The notes beneath the pieces were generated by a model, which saw nothing but the letters and a program-made list of their open reading frames with translations, did no database searches and was not told where the DNA came from. From a virus (Duplodnaviria; Caudoviricetes), in IMG/VR virus record IMGVR_UViG_3300032138_000009, positions 1 through 64,000 of that record: a stretch of 64,000 bases of DNA, one strand, 5' to 3'. The position numbers were made by a program, and so were the translations under genes. This document shows, piece by piece, positions 28,078 through 37,600 of this stretch (positions are counted from its first letter, which is position 1; each line of letters begins with the position of its first letter).

Positions 28078-28800
28078 ATGGTATATTTCCTAGGAAGAGA
28101 TGTAAGTGTTTACATCGGTACGGAATCAAACACAGCCGATAAGAATATCGCAGTCGCTAGTGGTGCAGCGGACGGAACTACAGATGTACAAATCAAAGTT
28201 ACTGGAACAAGCAACTACGACTATTTCGCATATTCTTTGGCAGAAGGTACAGCCACTTCAGGTTGGCCCGCAGCTGTTTCTGATGTTACTGGTGTAGATG
28301 TAAGTATAGGTGCTACTGATGAAGACATCACCTATATAGGTCAGAAAGGTACTGGAAAGGTAGAAATCAAAAGTGAGTACACCCTTTCATTAACCAGAAA
28401 AAAGAGTAATAACACATGGGACACAATTTTCAATGGTCCAATATTAACAACGTCAGCAGAAGATGGAGCTGGTAAACATGGTGCACGCTGGGGTCTCGCA
28501 GGAGATTATGGTAATAGCACAGATGCAGCGCCTTTGATAGCAAACGGATTAGCTAATCCTAAAGATTATAATAACTCAACAACTGTTCAAGCAGGATATA
28601 GATTATTAATAGTTTTTAAGAGTGGAGCTACTGGTGAAATTATGGAATTCCCTAATTGTTTAATCCAGTCTCACACTGTTTCTATTAACGCAGATGGAAC
28701 TTCAGAGGAAACTATGGAATTTATAACACAACAGCGAGCTCTACAAGGAGCTGATGGAGATACTTTTAATCTTACAGAAACTGTCTTGGCGGATTATTGA
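28078..28800 (+). CDS. Tail tube protein paralog A
   Basis: Strong GAGGT SD; position before chaperone/TMP; clear paralog of the next gene. Confidence 0.75.
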   Translation: MVYFLGRDVSVYIGTESNTADKNIAVASGAADGTTDVQIKVTGTSNYDYFAYSLAEGTATSGWPAAVSDVTGVDVSIGATDEDITYIGQKGTGKVEIKSEYTLSLTRKKSNNTWDTIFNGPILTTSAEDGAGKHGARWGLAGDYGNSTDAAPLIANGLANPKDYNNSTTVQAGYRLLIVFKSGATGEIMEFPNCLIQSHTVSINADGTSEETMEFITQQRALQGADGDTFNLTETVLADY

Positions 28801-28811
28801 GGTAATTAAAT

Positions 28812-29405
28812 ATGGCATATTTTTTAGGAAGAGATTGTTCAGTTTATATTACAACTGAGGACACGCAAGCAGCAAGTTTTGCCGGATGTTCGATAGCTGG
28901 AGCTGTCGGCTTCAACGCAACTTCAGGAACAGCAGGAGTTCATAACTTCGCTGTACCTTTAGCAACTGGAACCGGTGGAACCGCACAAGCAGACTTAGTA
29001 GGAGTAGATTTATCAATCGGCGCAGTCGATGAAGATATAACCTACGTAGGTAAAAGGCAAGTAACTAAAGCAGAAATCAAAAAGGAAACCACAGTATCAT
29101 TAACACGAAAAAAGAGTGCCATCACATGGGACGCTATTTTCAATAATGGTGGTAGACAAGGATGTGCAAACGCATCAGAGATTTCGTCGCTACAAGAACC
29201 AACCATTGACACAGGATATCGTATACATGTAGTTCTAAGTGGAACTACAGACGTATTCAGTGTGCGGGGTTGTTGCGTACAGTCACACACAGTTTCTGTT
29301 AACGCAGATGGAACATCAGAAGAAACCATGGAGTTTATGACTTATATTACTCCTAAGGTAACTAACGCTGCTGTTGTAACTGCTTTAACTGCTGCTGAGT
29401 TGTAG
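28812..29405 (+). CDS. Tail tube protein paralog B
   Basis: Shares YFLGRD.SVYI, GVD.SIGA.DEDITY, SLTRKKS, QSHTVS.NADGTSEETMEF with paralog A. Confidence 0.75.
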   Translation: MAYFLGRDCSVYITTEDTQAASFAGCSIAGAVGFNATSGTAGVHNFAVPLATGTGGTAQADLVGVDLSIGAVDEDITYVGKRQVTKAEIKKETTVSLTRKKSAITWDAIFNNGGRQGCANASEISSLQEPTIDTGYRIHVVLSGTTDVFSVRGCCVQSHTVSVNADGTSEETMEFMTYITPKVTNAAVVTALTAAEL

Positions 29406-29417
29406 ATATAAAACACG

Positions 29418-29446
29418 GAAGGGGCAGGCTTGAGCCTGCGCTCTTC
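29418..29446 (+). terminator. 12-bp GC-rich hairpin after tail tube genes
   Basis: GAAGGG-GCAGGC-ttga-GCCTGC-g-CTCTTC. Confidence 0.55.
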
Positions 29447-29469
29447 TACCAAGAAAAGGTGATTTAAAA

Positions 29470-29859
29470 ATGACAGAAGAAGAAATAAAAGAAGAAGAAG
29501 AAACCACAGAGATGTGGTCAATGGATGACTTGATTGCACTTACTGATGAAGTACAACAAGCTGAAACAAATTTTAGAGGAAAAACAGTAAAATATCAATT
29601 TTGTGAACTTGTAGAAAAAGAAGAACCAAAATTTAAACCTGTTGCGGACACTGCATCTGAAGAAGAAAAGATGGCAATGTATACGGAATTAGGCGGAAAA
29701 AGAATTTTATCAATGCTCGAAAAGGCTAACGAGAAAAAACCAGATGGACCTTGTATAACAAAAGACCACTGGGGTCTACTCCCAACTACATTAAGATATC
29801 AAATATCTAATGAAATAATGGGTGTAGAGCAGGAGAGCCGAGAAAATTTTCCTCTCTGA
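29470..29859 (+). CDS. Tail assembly chaperone (G-like)
   Basis: Acidic 129 aa between tube and TMP; slippery site at its 3' end. Confidence 0.7.
   Translation: MTEEEIKEEEETTEMWSMDDLIALTDEVQQAETNFRGKTVKYQFCELVEKEEPKFKPVADTASEEEKMAMYTELGGKRILSMLEKANEKKPDGPCITKDHWGLLPTTLRYQISNEIMGVEQESRENFPL
29844..29850 (+). other. -1 ribosomal frameshift slippery heptamer A AAT TTT
   Basis: X XXY YYZ in the correct frame; -1 frame reads TCC TCT CTG ATG into the downstream ORF. Confidence 0.7.
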
Positions 29860-30182
29860 TGACAAACTCGCTTGATGCGGTACAATTATATGTTCCTTTA
29901 ATGAAGGAAACGAATATGACGTGGGAGGAAATTAAAAAGACCCCTCGTTTTGAATTAGAAGGTATTCTAGCAGCATGCCACGAGTATAGCCTCTTACATT
30001 CTATGGATGGTTATGATGCTAAGGATATAAGTGATATGGCGAAGCATAGACCTAGTGTTCGCCAAGATTGGAATAGATACATGGCCCAAAAACGTAAATA
30101 TGAATCGTTAAGTGGAATCCATGGTGATGAAAGTGATAAAGAAGCAGCAGTGGCTGAATTGAAATCTAAGATAGGAAATTGA
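29859..30182 (+). CDS. Tail assembly chaperone T-like segment (GT fusion partner)
   Basis: -1 frame relative to upstream ORF; MTWEEIKKTP motif; directly before TMP. Confidence 0.65.
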   Translation: MTNSLDAVQLYVPLMKETNMTWEEIKKTPRFELEGILAACHEYSLLHSMDGYDAKDISDMAKHRPSVRQDWNRYMAQKRKYESLSGIHGDESDKEAAVAELKSKIGN

Positions 30183-30186
30183 TAAA

Positions 30187-33100
30187 ATGGGTTTCGCAGG
30201 TCAAGTATTTGCGGCAAGAGTAGCCGTTGGGTTAGCAATGCCTTCTCCTAAGGCTTTTTCACAGGCAGGGCAGGCAATAGGAGGTTTCGCCTCCAAGATG
30301 TATGCTAATTTGAATAAAAGTAGTATATCATCAGCATCTAGAACCTTAGCTACTCAAAAAAAGAACCTTGCAGCAGCTAATAATGCTCTTAAAGACCATA
30401 CTAAAAAACAAGGTTCGATGGTTGAGGCTGGTACTAATGCTCAACTAGCACGTATTAAAAAGTTATATGGGGATGTAGGTAAGGCTGCTATGGCTAGTGC
30501 TGGTTCCATGAAAGGCTTAAAGGCTACTATGGGAAGCACTAAAGCTGCTGGTAAACTTTTTGGAAACCTTAGTAAAGATATGAAAGATGCTGGCGATTAT
30601 GCCAAGATGATGAAAAACTTTTCTAAACTTTCAAAAGATGAGAGAGCTGAGGTTTTTGCTACATTCGAAGCTAGAAAAAAGGCTCATTCTCGTTTAATTA
30701 ATACCAGCAAAAAACGAGAAGCGTTAGGAAAAGAAAAGGTCCAACAAATTAGAGATGAAATAGCTGTTTTACAATCTCAAGAAGATGAATTTAAAGGTTT
30801 TGATAAAGCTCGTAATAATGCAGATGATAAATATAACAGAAAGAAAAAGAAACATTTATCAAAGCAGAAAGAGGCCACCGAAGGTGTTACAAAAGCTCAA
30901 AAAGAACTTGAAACACAAGAAAAGTCTCAACTTCAAATCCAAGAACATCTCATCCGTTCTTCTAACGATATGGCAGTATCTATGAAATCGAATTTTGTAG
31001 ACGCAGTAAGAGAATCTGTATCTGCACTTACAGCTTTATATTATAAACTTGAACAAAACAGTTCACAATTGATTGAATTTGAGCGGGAATTAATGAACGC
31101 TAACTCCGTTTTCCGCGTTACTAACGATGAACTATTTTCCGTTGGTAATCAAGTTGTACAATTTGGACAAGAATTCGGTATGGAAATGCAGAACGGTGCA
31201 ACTGGGCTCTATCAACTTGCATCCGCAGGTTTAAGCGCGGCTGACGCAATGACAGTGTTAAACGATACACTCAAATTGTCTATGGCTGTACAGGGAGACC
31301 ACAATACTATTTCTAAACTCGTTACACAGACCTTGTTTGGTTTCGAAATGGAAATGAATCAGGCAGGATTAGTAGCAGATAAATTCGCCTATGCTATACA
31401 GAAGTCTCTTATTGAGTATCAAGATTTAGCAAGCGCTGTTAAGTTTGCTCTACCTTTCTTTACCTCTACAGGGCAATCTATAGACCAACTGTTAGGTGCT
31501 TTACAGGTCTTGACTAATAGAGCCTTAGAGGCTGGTATAGCAGGTCGTGGATTAAGGCAGGGCGTAGCAGAGCTTGCTGAGAGTATAGGAGATGCTACAG
31601 CTAACTTTAAGAAGTTTGGTGTAGAGGTTGTTGATGCTGAAGGTAATATGCTTCAATTAACAGAAATAGCAGCTAATTTCCATGAAGTATTAGATGAAGG
31701 AGTTATAAATGATACTGAATTACTTACGTCTTTAATTCAAGATTTGAATGTGCGTGGTGCAACTGCGTTTGTTCACTTAGTTCAAGCATCTGATGAATTT
31801 ACTGAAGCTGTGGAAGCAACAGCCAATGCTGGTGGAGAATTAGATGAGATGATTAAGATTCAGAATATGTCTATTTCTTCTCAAATTCAAATATTAAGAA
31901 ATAATATAGCCATGATGTCTTTGTACCAAGATGCCGCTTATGAAGGAACTGGTTATATGAATGCCTTTCATGAGGGCGTTTCTAAAATGACAGAATCTCT
32001 GCAAGGTTTACTTGTGACAAACATAAATGGGACTTATGTATTGACTGAATTTGGTAAATCTCTTGAAACTTTTGCTATTAAAGGAGTTAAAGAGTTACAA
32101 GGAATATTAGACAATATATTACCTTTAGCAGAGAAATTCCTAGAAGTAACCAAGTTGGGTGTAGAAGTATTAAAAGTATACCTAATTCCAGTTAAATTGA
32201 TAGTCAAGGCTCTCCAAATAATGGGACCACAGATGACTAAAGTAGTTATAGCTTTTCATTTATTTAATAAAATAGTACCTATTACAGCTGCTTTACAGTA
32301 TAGTCTCAGTTTAGCTATGATGAATCATTCTAAAGTAACAGCAACTGATACGGCGAATATGTTGAATAATACTCTAGTAACTAATGCCCATAAAAATGCC
32401 ACAATTACCTCTTTAGTAGTTCAAAAACTAGTTAATACTGAAATGTGGAAAGGTATAGCTGTTAAGATATATGACTTAACTTTAGGTAAATTAAGATTAA
32501 TTTTAGAAAATAGAATAATTGCTACAGATACTGTTGGATTGGCTGTAACTGATGCAAAAATAGCAGGTTGGTTTATTAGAGATAGGCTACAGTCAAAGAA
32601 TATTTTAGGACTCATATGGGAAAATATATTAAATATTAAAAAGAACACGATTACTGCTATGTCTGCTGCTAAAGAAAGTTTATTGAATGCTCAGATGGCA
32701 ATAAAATTGTGGCTTTCAAAAGCTGCTTATCCCCATCTTCAAGCTGAATATATGCTTGAATTCCGTAAGAATTTCTTACGCAAGATGTCCATTAAACAAT
32801 TGATTTGGAAGAATATTTTAGCTATAAAAGAGAATATATTAACAAAAATAGGTAACGCTCAAATGGCTATAAAGGTTGCATTGTCAAAAATAGCATATGG
32901 AACCGACATGAAACGTCTCCCTTTAGAGTTTAGAAAGAATTTCTTGGCTAAAATGTCTATCAAACAACTAATAATGAAAAATATTTTAGTCACAAAAGAG
33001 ATTATTATGGAAAAAGTTAGAAATGGAATAATGGCTATAAAACTTGCACTTTCTAAAGCAGCATATGGCACTGATATGAAACGTCTCCCACTAGAATTTA

Positions 33101-34677
33101 GAAAGAATTTTTTAAGAAAGATGTCTATAACTCAATTAATACAAAAGATAGCGTTACAGACATATGAACATACAGTTATGAAAATCAAATTAGCACTTTC
33201 ATATGTTATATATGGTACTGATATGAAACAATTTTCATTAGAGTTTAGACAAAACTTTTTAAGAAAAATGACTATATCACAACTCATATCTAAAGCATTT
33301 TGGCAAGTTATAGAAAATGTGCAAACTAAAATAAGTAATGCGTATAAAACTATAGCTGCTGCATTGACTATGAAGAATATAAAAGCTCAATGGTCTGAAA
33401 TATTCGCAAAGATAACAGGAAATAGCCTTTCTGTAGCAGAGAATATTCAAATGAAAGAAAATATTTTCTTGCGAATGTGGAAGAGTACTGAAACTATACG
33501 TGGAACAATAGCTCAAGCATGGAATAATGTGGTTCACTTCCTTGGAAATACACTATTATTAAATGGTTGGATTCTATTAACCCAAACTATACCAACTAAA
33601 ATATATGATACATTAGTAACAACTTATAATTCGATAGCAAAATGGTGGAATACTTCTGTAGAAGGAGCTAATACACTAGCTAAAATAGGTAATCTCGCTG
33701 TTACCGCTGCCGCAGTAATAGTATTTATACTTTATGCATTAACGACTGGTATAGTTACAATAGCTACATGGGCATGGAATATAGCTTTATATGCCAATCC
33801 TGTGGGACTTATTGTTTTAGGAGTTATAGCTCTCATAGTTGCATTTGTAATATTTGCAGTTAAGATAAATGAGCAGATAGATTTATGGTCTATATTTGGT
33901 ATGATAGCTAGACACACTCTTGATATGATTTTATGGCCATTTAAGGTATTAGGTGGTATAATTATGGGTGTAGGAAATGCTGTATGGGCTGTTTTAGAAG
34001 GACCCTTATTTAAATTAGGAATGTTCTTAAGTCATTTCTTCAAAATGTTAATGTACTATGTGAAATTAATAGGTAATTGGTTTATGGAAAAAATAATTAA
34101 TCCAGTAGTTGCTGGATTTAAGTGGATATATGCAATTGTTAAAAAGTGGGTAATAGACCCAATCGTTGGTTTCTTTATCAAAACTAAAGAACTATTAGAA
34201 ACACTTAAAAACCCTATATTTACTCTTGGTGAATGGTTAATGAAACATATTTTTGACCCTGTTATAAGTGCAGTCACAAAAATCTGGAAATTCATTAAGA
34301 AAATTGTAAAAGGAGTTAAGAAAGTGGGTGGTGCATTCTTAGGAAAGGTTATGGATTATCTTGGTTTTGCTGAAGGAGGGTATGTTAATCCAATGTCTGA
34401 AGGAGGCCGTACGAGAGCGCGTGGTCCTTATTTAGTAGGAGAAAAGGGTCCCGAATTATTCATGCCGCAAGGTCCGGGAAAAATAATTCCAAACAAAGAC
34501 TTAAATACTCAGCGCGTTAAGAATATGTTAAGCAAATTTGAAGGCGATGCTGGCGCGATTGCTGATAAAGCATTTCAACGTATTAGCTCTAATATTAGTG
34601 TAGACCGTTTAGAAGTGAGAAAGGCAAACATGCGAGGAAGTAGAATTGGAATAGATACCTTTGGAGGGAACATTTAA
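30187..34677 (+). CDS. Tape measure protein
   Basis: 1496 aa helical; TP901-like core; C-terminal GFAEGG...GPYLVGEKGPELFMP motif. Confidence 0.9.
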   Translation: MGFAGQVFAARVAVGLAMPSPKAFSQAGQAIGGFASKMYANLNKSSISSASRTLATQKKNLAAANNALKDHTKKQGSMVEAGTNAQLARIKKLYGDVGKAAMASAGSMKGLKATMGSTKAAGKLFGNLSKDMKDAGDYAKMMKNFSKLSKDERAEVFATFEARKKAHSRLINTSKKREALGKEKVQQIRDEIAVLQSQEDEFKGFDKARNNADDKYNRKKKKHLSKQKEATEGVTKAQKELETQEKSQLQIQEHLIRSSNDMAVSMKSNFVDAVRESVSALTALYYKLEQNSSQLIEFERELMNANSVFRVTNDELFSVGNQVVQFGQEFGMEMQNGATGLYQLASAGLSAADAMTVLNDTLKLSMAVQGDHNTISKLVTQTLFGFEMEMNQAGLVADKFAYAIQKSLIEYQDLASAVKFALPFFTSTGQSIDQLLGALQVLTNRALEAGIAGRGLRQGVAELAESIGDATANFKKFGVEVVDAEGNMLQLTEIAANFHEVLDEGVINDTELLTSLIQDLNVRGATAFVHLVQASDEFTEAVEATANAGGELDEMIKIQNMSISSQIQILRNNIAMMSLYQDAAYEGTGYMNAFHEGVSKMTESLQGLLVTNINGTYVLTEFGKSLETFAIKGVKELQGILDNILPLAEKFLEVTKLGVEVLKVYLIPVKLIVKALQIMGPQMTKVVIAFHLFNKIVPITAALQYSLSLAMMNHSKVTATDTANMLNNTLVTNAHKNATITSLVVQKLVNTEMWKGIAVKIYDLTLGKLRLILENRIIATDTVGLAVTDAKIAGWFIRDRLQSKNILGLIWENILNIKKNTITAMSAAKESLLNAQMAIKLWLSKAAYPHLQAEYMLEFRKNFLRKMSIKQLIWKNILAIKENILTKIGNAQMAIKVALSKIAYGTDMKRLPLEFRKNFLAKMSIKQLIMKNILVTKEIIMEKVRNGIMAIKLALSKAAYGTDMKRLPLEFRKNFLRKMSITQLIQKIALQTYEHTVMKIKLALSYVIYGTDMKQFSLEFRQNFLRKMTISQLISKAFWQVIENVQTKISNAYKTIAAALTMKNIKAQWSEIFAKITGNSLSVAENIQMKENIFLRMWKSTETIRGTIAQAWNNVVHFLGNTLLLNGWILLTQTIPTKIYDTLVTTYNSIAKWWNTSVEGANTLAKIGNLAVTAAAVIVFILYALTTGIVTIATWAWNIALYANPVGLIVLGVIALIVAFVIFAVKINEQIDLWSIFGMIARHTLDMILWPFKVLGGIIMGVGNAVWAVLEGPLFKLGMFLSHFFKMLMYYVKLIGNWFMEKIINPVVAGFKWIYAIVKKWVIDPIVGFFIKTKELLETLKNPIFTLGEWLMKHIFDPVISAVTKIWKFIKKIVKGVKKVGGAFLGKVMDYLGFAEGGYVNPMSEGGRTRARGPYLVGEKGPELFMPQGPGKIIPNKDLNTQRVKNMLSKFEGDAGAIADKAFQRISSNISVDRLEVRKANMRGSRIGIDTFGGNI
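32686..33290 (+). repeat. Four tandem intragenic TMP repeats (periods 168, 168, 147 nt)
   Basis: MAIK.ALSK.AYGTDMKRLPLEFRKNFL.KMSI.QLI repeated. Confidence 0.85.
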
Positions 34678-37600
34678 TGATACCAACTAAACGAAATCAT
34701 TTTTATACGAAAGAAATAATAAGTAACGCAGTGGGAGTGCGTCCACAATTTAAAGATTTATCTGTAGGCAATGCAGAAACTACTTTAACATTTAAAGCAG
34801 GATTAGGAGCTACACAGTGGGTAGTTTCAGGTAATATAAGTGAAACTCCTTTTCCCAATATGGGAGAATTAGTGGGTGGTTTTCTACAAACATATGTCAC
34901 AGGTATGAGTCTATCTGGAACATCTACACTACCTTCTCTTTATTCTTATAAGATACAAAATGGATTTCCTATATCTGAAGGAGGATTTACTCTAGCTACA
35001 GGAACTACTGATTTATTTGGTACTACTAGCAGTACTATTGGTGATGCTCTTTGGATTTCATCCGCTCAATTTGATACTGGAGAAGTATGGCTTGAAGAGA
35101 CTTTCGATGGTAGTAATAAATCTATGGGAAGTAAATTAGTATTACCCGGAGGAGGAAATGCCGCAATGACTATGGAAGATGCATACGTGAAACCTAAAGA
35201 TGGAGCTGAAGCTATAACTTTTGGTGGAGATGCTTTCTTTGGTGGAGGGGGAAGTAATAGTGTAGAAACTAATTTAGGTAAATATTTCTCTATAGGAGGT
35301 CCTTCTGGTACATCTACAGAAGATAAAAGAATATATGTCCGTCCTAAATCTAAAAATAGAATACAAGGGCTTTGGACTGCACTTGATGACCACCGCGATG
35401 ATAAACAAAAATGGCAAATATATGAACCTTACTGGAAATGGGACGCAATAAGACCTATTTTAAAATTCGGAAAAACTAACCCCGCTGATGGTACTTTACC
35501 TGACGGAGATGCTACCCCACACAATACAATATTCAATAGAATTTGGAAGGATAATACAACTTTATCATCTTGGGATGTCCCTTGGGGAAATGTGATGGAA
35601 AGTACTATGACTCTAGTTCCTTCGGAAGAAGGAGGAGAAGGACAATCTTTAAATGTTAAGTCTCATTGGTGGCGTACTCCAACTCCATCTAATAATTTTT
35701 GGAGTGTTACTGCTAAAACTACAGCTGTTGATTACCAAAAGTCCCCTTATAACCCTGATGATTTTAGTACGCCAATTCAAACTTCTTGGGCATCAATATA
35801 TGACATACCTTACCCTATTCCACTAGATGCGGGCGGTCTTAGCGAAATCAATCAAGACCTTATCGGAAATAGAACTCATGGAGACCAGCGTACGGTATTA
35901 CCTGAGATTAATATAAATATGAAAATAGCTCAATTGTTATCTTCCCCTGCACTGAATATAAAAACAGCTAGTCAGGCAGGAACTAATGGAATTGCTTATG
36001 GATTTGTAGATGGTACTGATGGATATGACACACAAACTCTAAACACTTATGCTTACCATAATAAGACTTTTTGGCGTAGTGTGGTTGTTACCTTTTCAAA
36101 TTATAAACCAGAAGAGGTAAGTAATAGTTGTACAATGGATGAATTTATCAGATATGGATTAGATTATGCTTATGGAGTCAAGACTCCTGATGGTGGAGTA
36201 GCAGGGGTGGGAAACAAGGTATCTGTGGCAAATAGACAATTAGGTTCTAAGATAGTTACAGGATTGGTTTTTTCTGCCTTTTATGGAGCTTCAGGAGGTA
36301 GTGACAATGGTACATATGATGACGCCAAGAATAAATTCATTGATAATAATTCTATTTATGCATATTCATTACCTGTGTGTGCTTTTGCCAGTGGAAACAC
36401 TAGTAATACAAAATTTGGTCTATGGGCTAATATAGCAGCTGGACCATCACCATACGTACCCCCATCGACGTTATTACATTGTCCTCTCATAGGAGAATTA
36501 ACAGGTTCAAGTAGAGCTAATTATCCATATGTAAAAATACCCCGAAATGAATTTTTTAACGTAAAATTTGTTTTTGATGTTCAACAGCCATGGAGTAAAA
36601 ATACTAATTATGGATGGTATATGGAAGAAAATGTAGAACCAGCTATTAGCTATGCATCTAATTTAGAATCGGGAGTTCCAATCAGGGCTTATTTTGATAA
36701 TTTAGGTATTACTACTACCAGTGGTGCATCGTTGGCGGATATGGAAGTAGCAGAAATGTCAAAGAAAAAACCATACATTAATTTAGCTTTACCTGCTTTT
36801 GACGTAAGTAATAATAGTCCCCATTACTATATGAGTTGGATAGATAGACAAGGAGTAAATATGCAAACTTTATCTGACCGTGATGAAGTAAGAGGTACTC
36901 CTGAGCATTTTCCTCGACATATGACTATATGGGTTAATAACTTTACGTTTGCTCCTATAGGTGATGGAACTCCTCCATCGTGGGCAAATTACCAATCTTG
37001 GTTTAGTGATGACTATTGGGTTTCTGACGAGCAAATGTACCCTGTATTAAAAAGTGATGGTACAGTCTCGCAGTCGGGAAGTTGGTCAGGACCAAATCCT
37101 ACCGCTACTGAACTTCTTATAGATAGTATTAAATTTAAATATTGGAATGCTCCTATCACTCAAAACTCTGCTGGTGCAGGTATGACTAGTAGATTTTTCA
37201 AAGGAGAATCACTGTCAATACCTAGCCCAGTAGCTAAAGTAACTGATGCAGCTGACGATTATGGTACTGGATTTTCACCAGATGGGGAACTCAAGCCAGT
37301 AATGCCCGGTCAATATCTTACTTTAGGATATAAAGATTGGGATTGGTTTAACATAGTAGGAGGTGCTGGTACTGGAGGTACAAGCACTGGAAGTAAATCA
37401 GCCTATATGTTAGCAAATAATTTTTCTACGAAGGAATTCGACCAGATGCCAAGGGCTACTCCTACTGCTGCATGGATAAGTAATGGTGGGTATGATGGTG
37501 ATGGTGCAGAATCTTATTTTACTGGGTATTCTATGTTTGCAGACGTACAAGGTTCTTATTCAACAGTATCAGGAACGGCTACACAAAGTAAATTCTCTAA

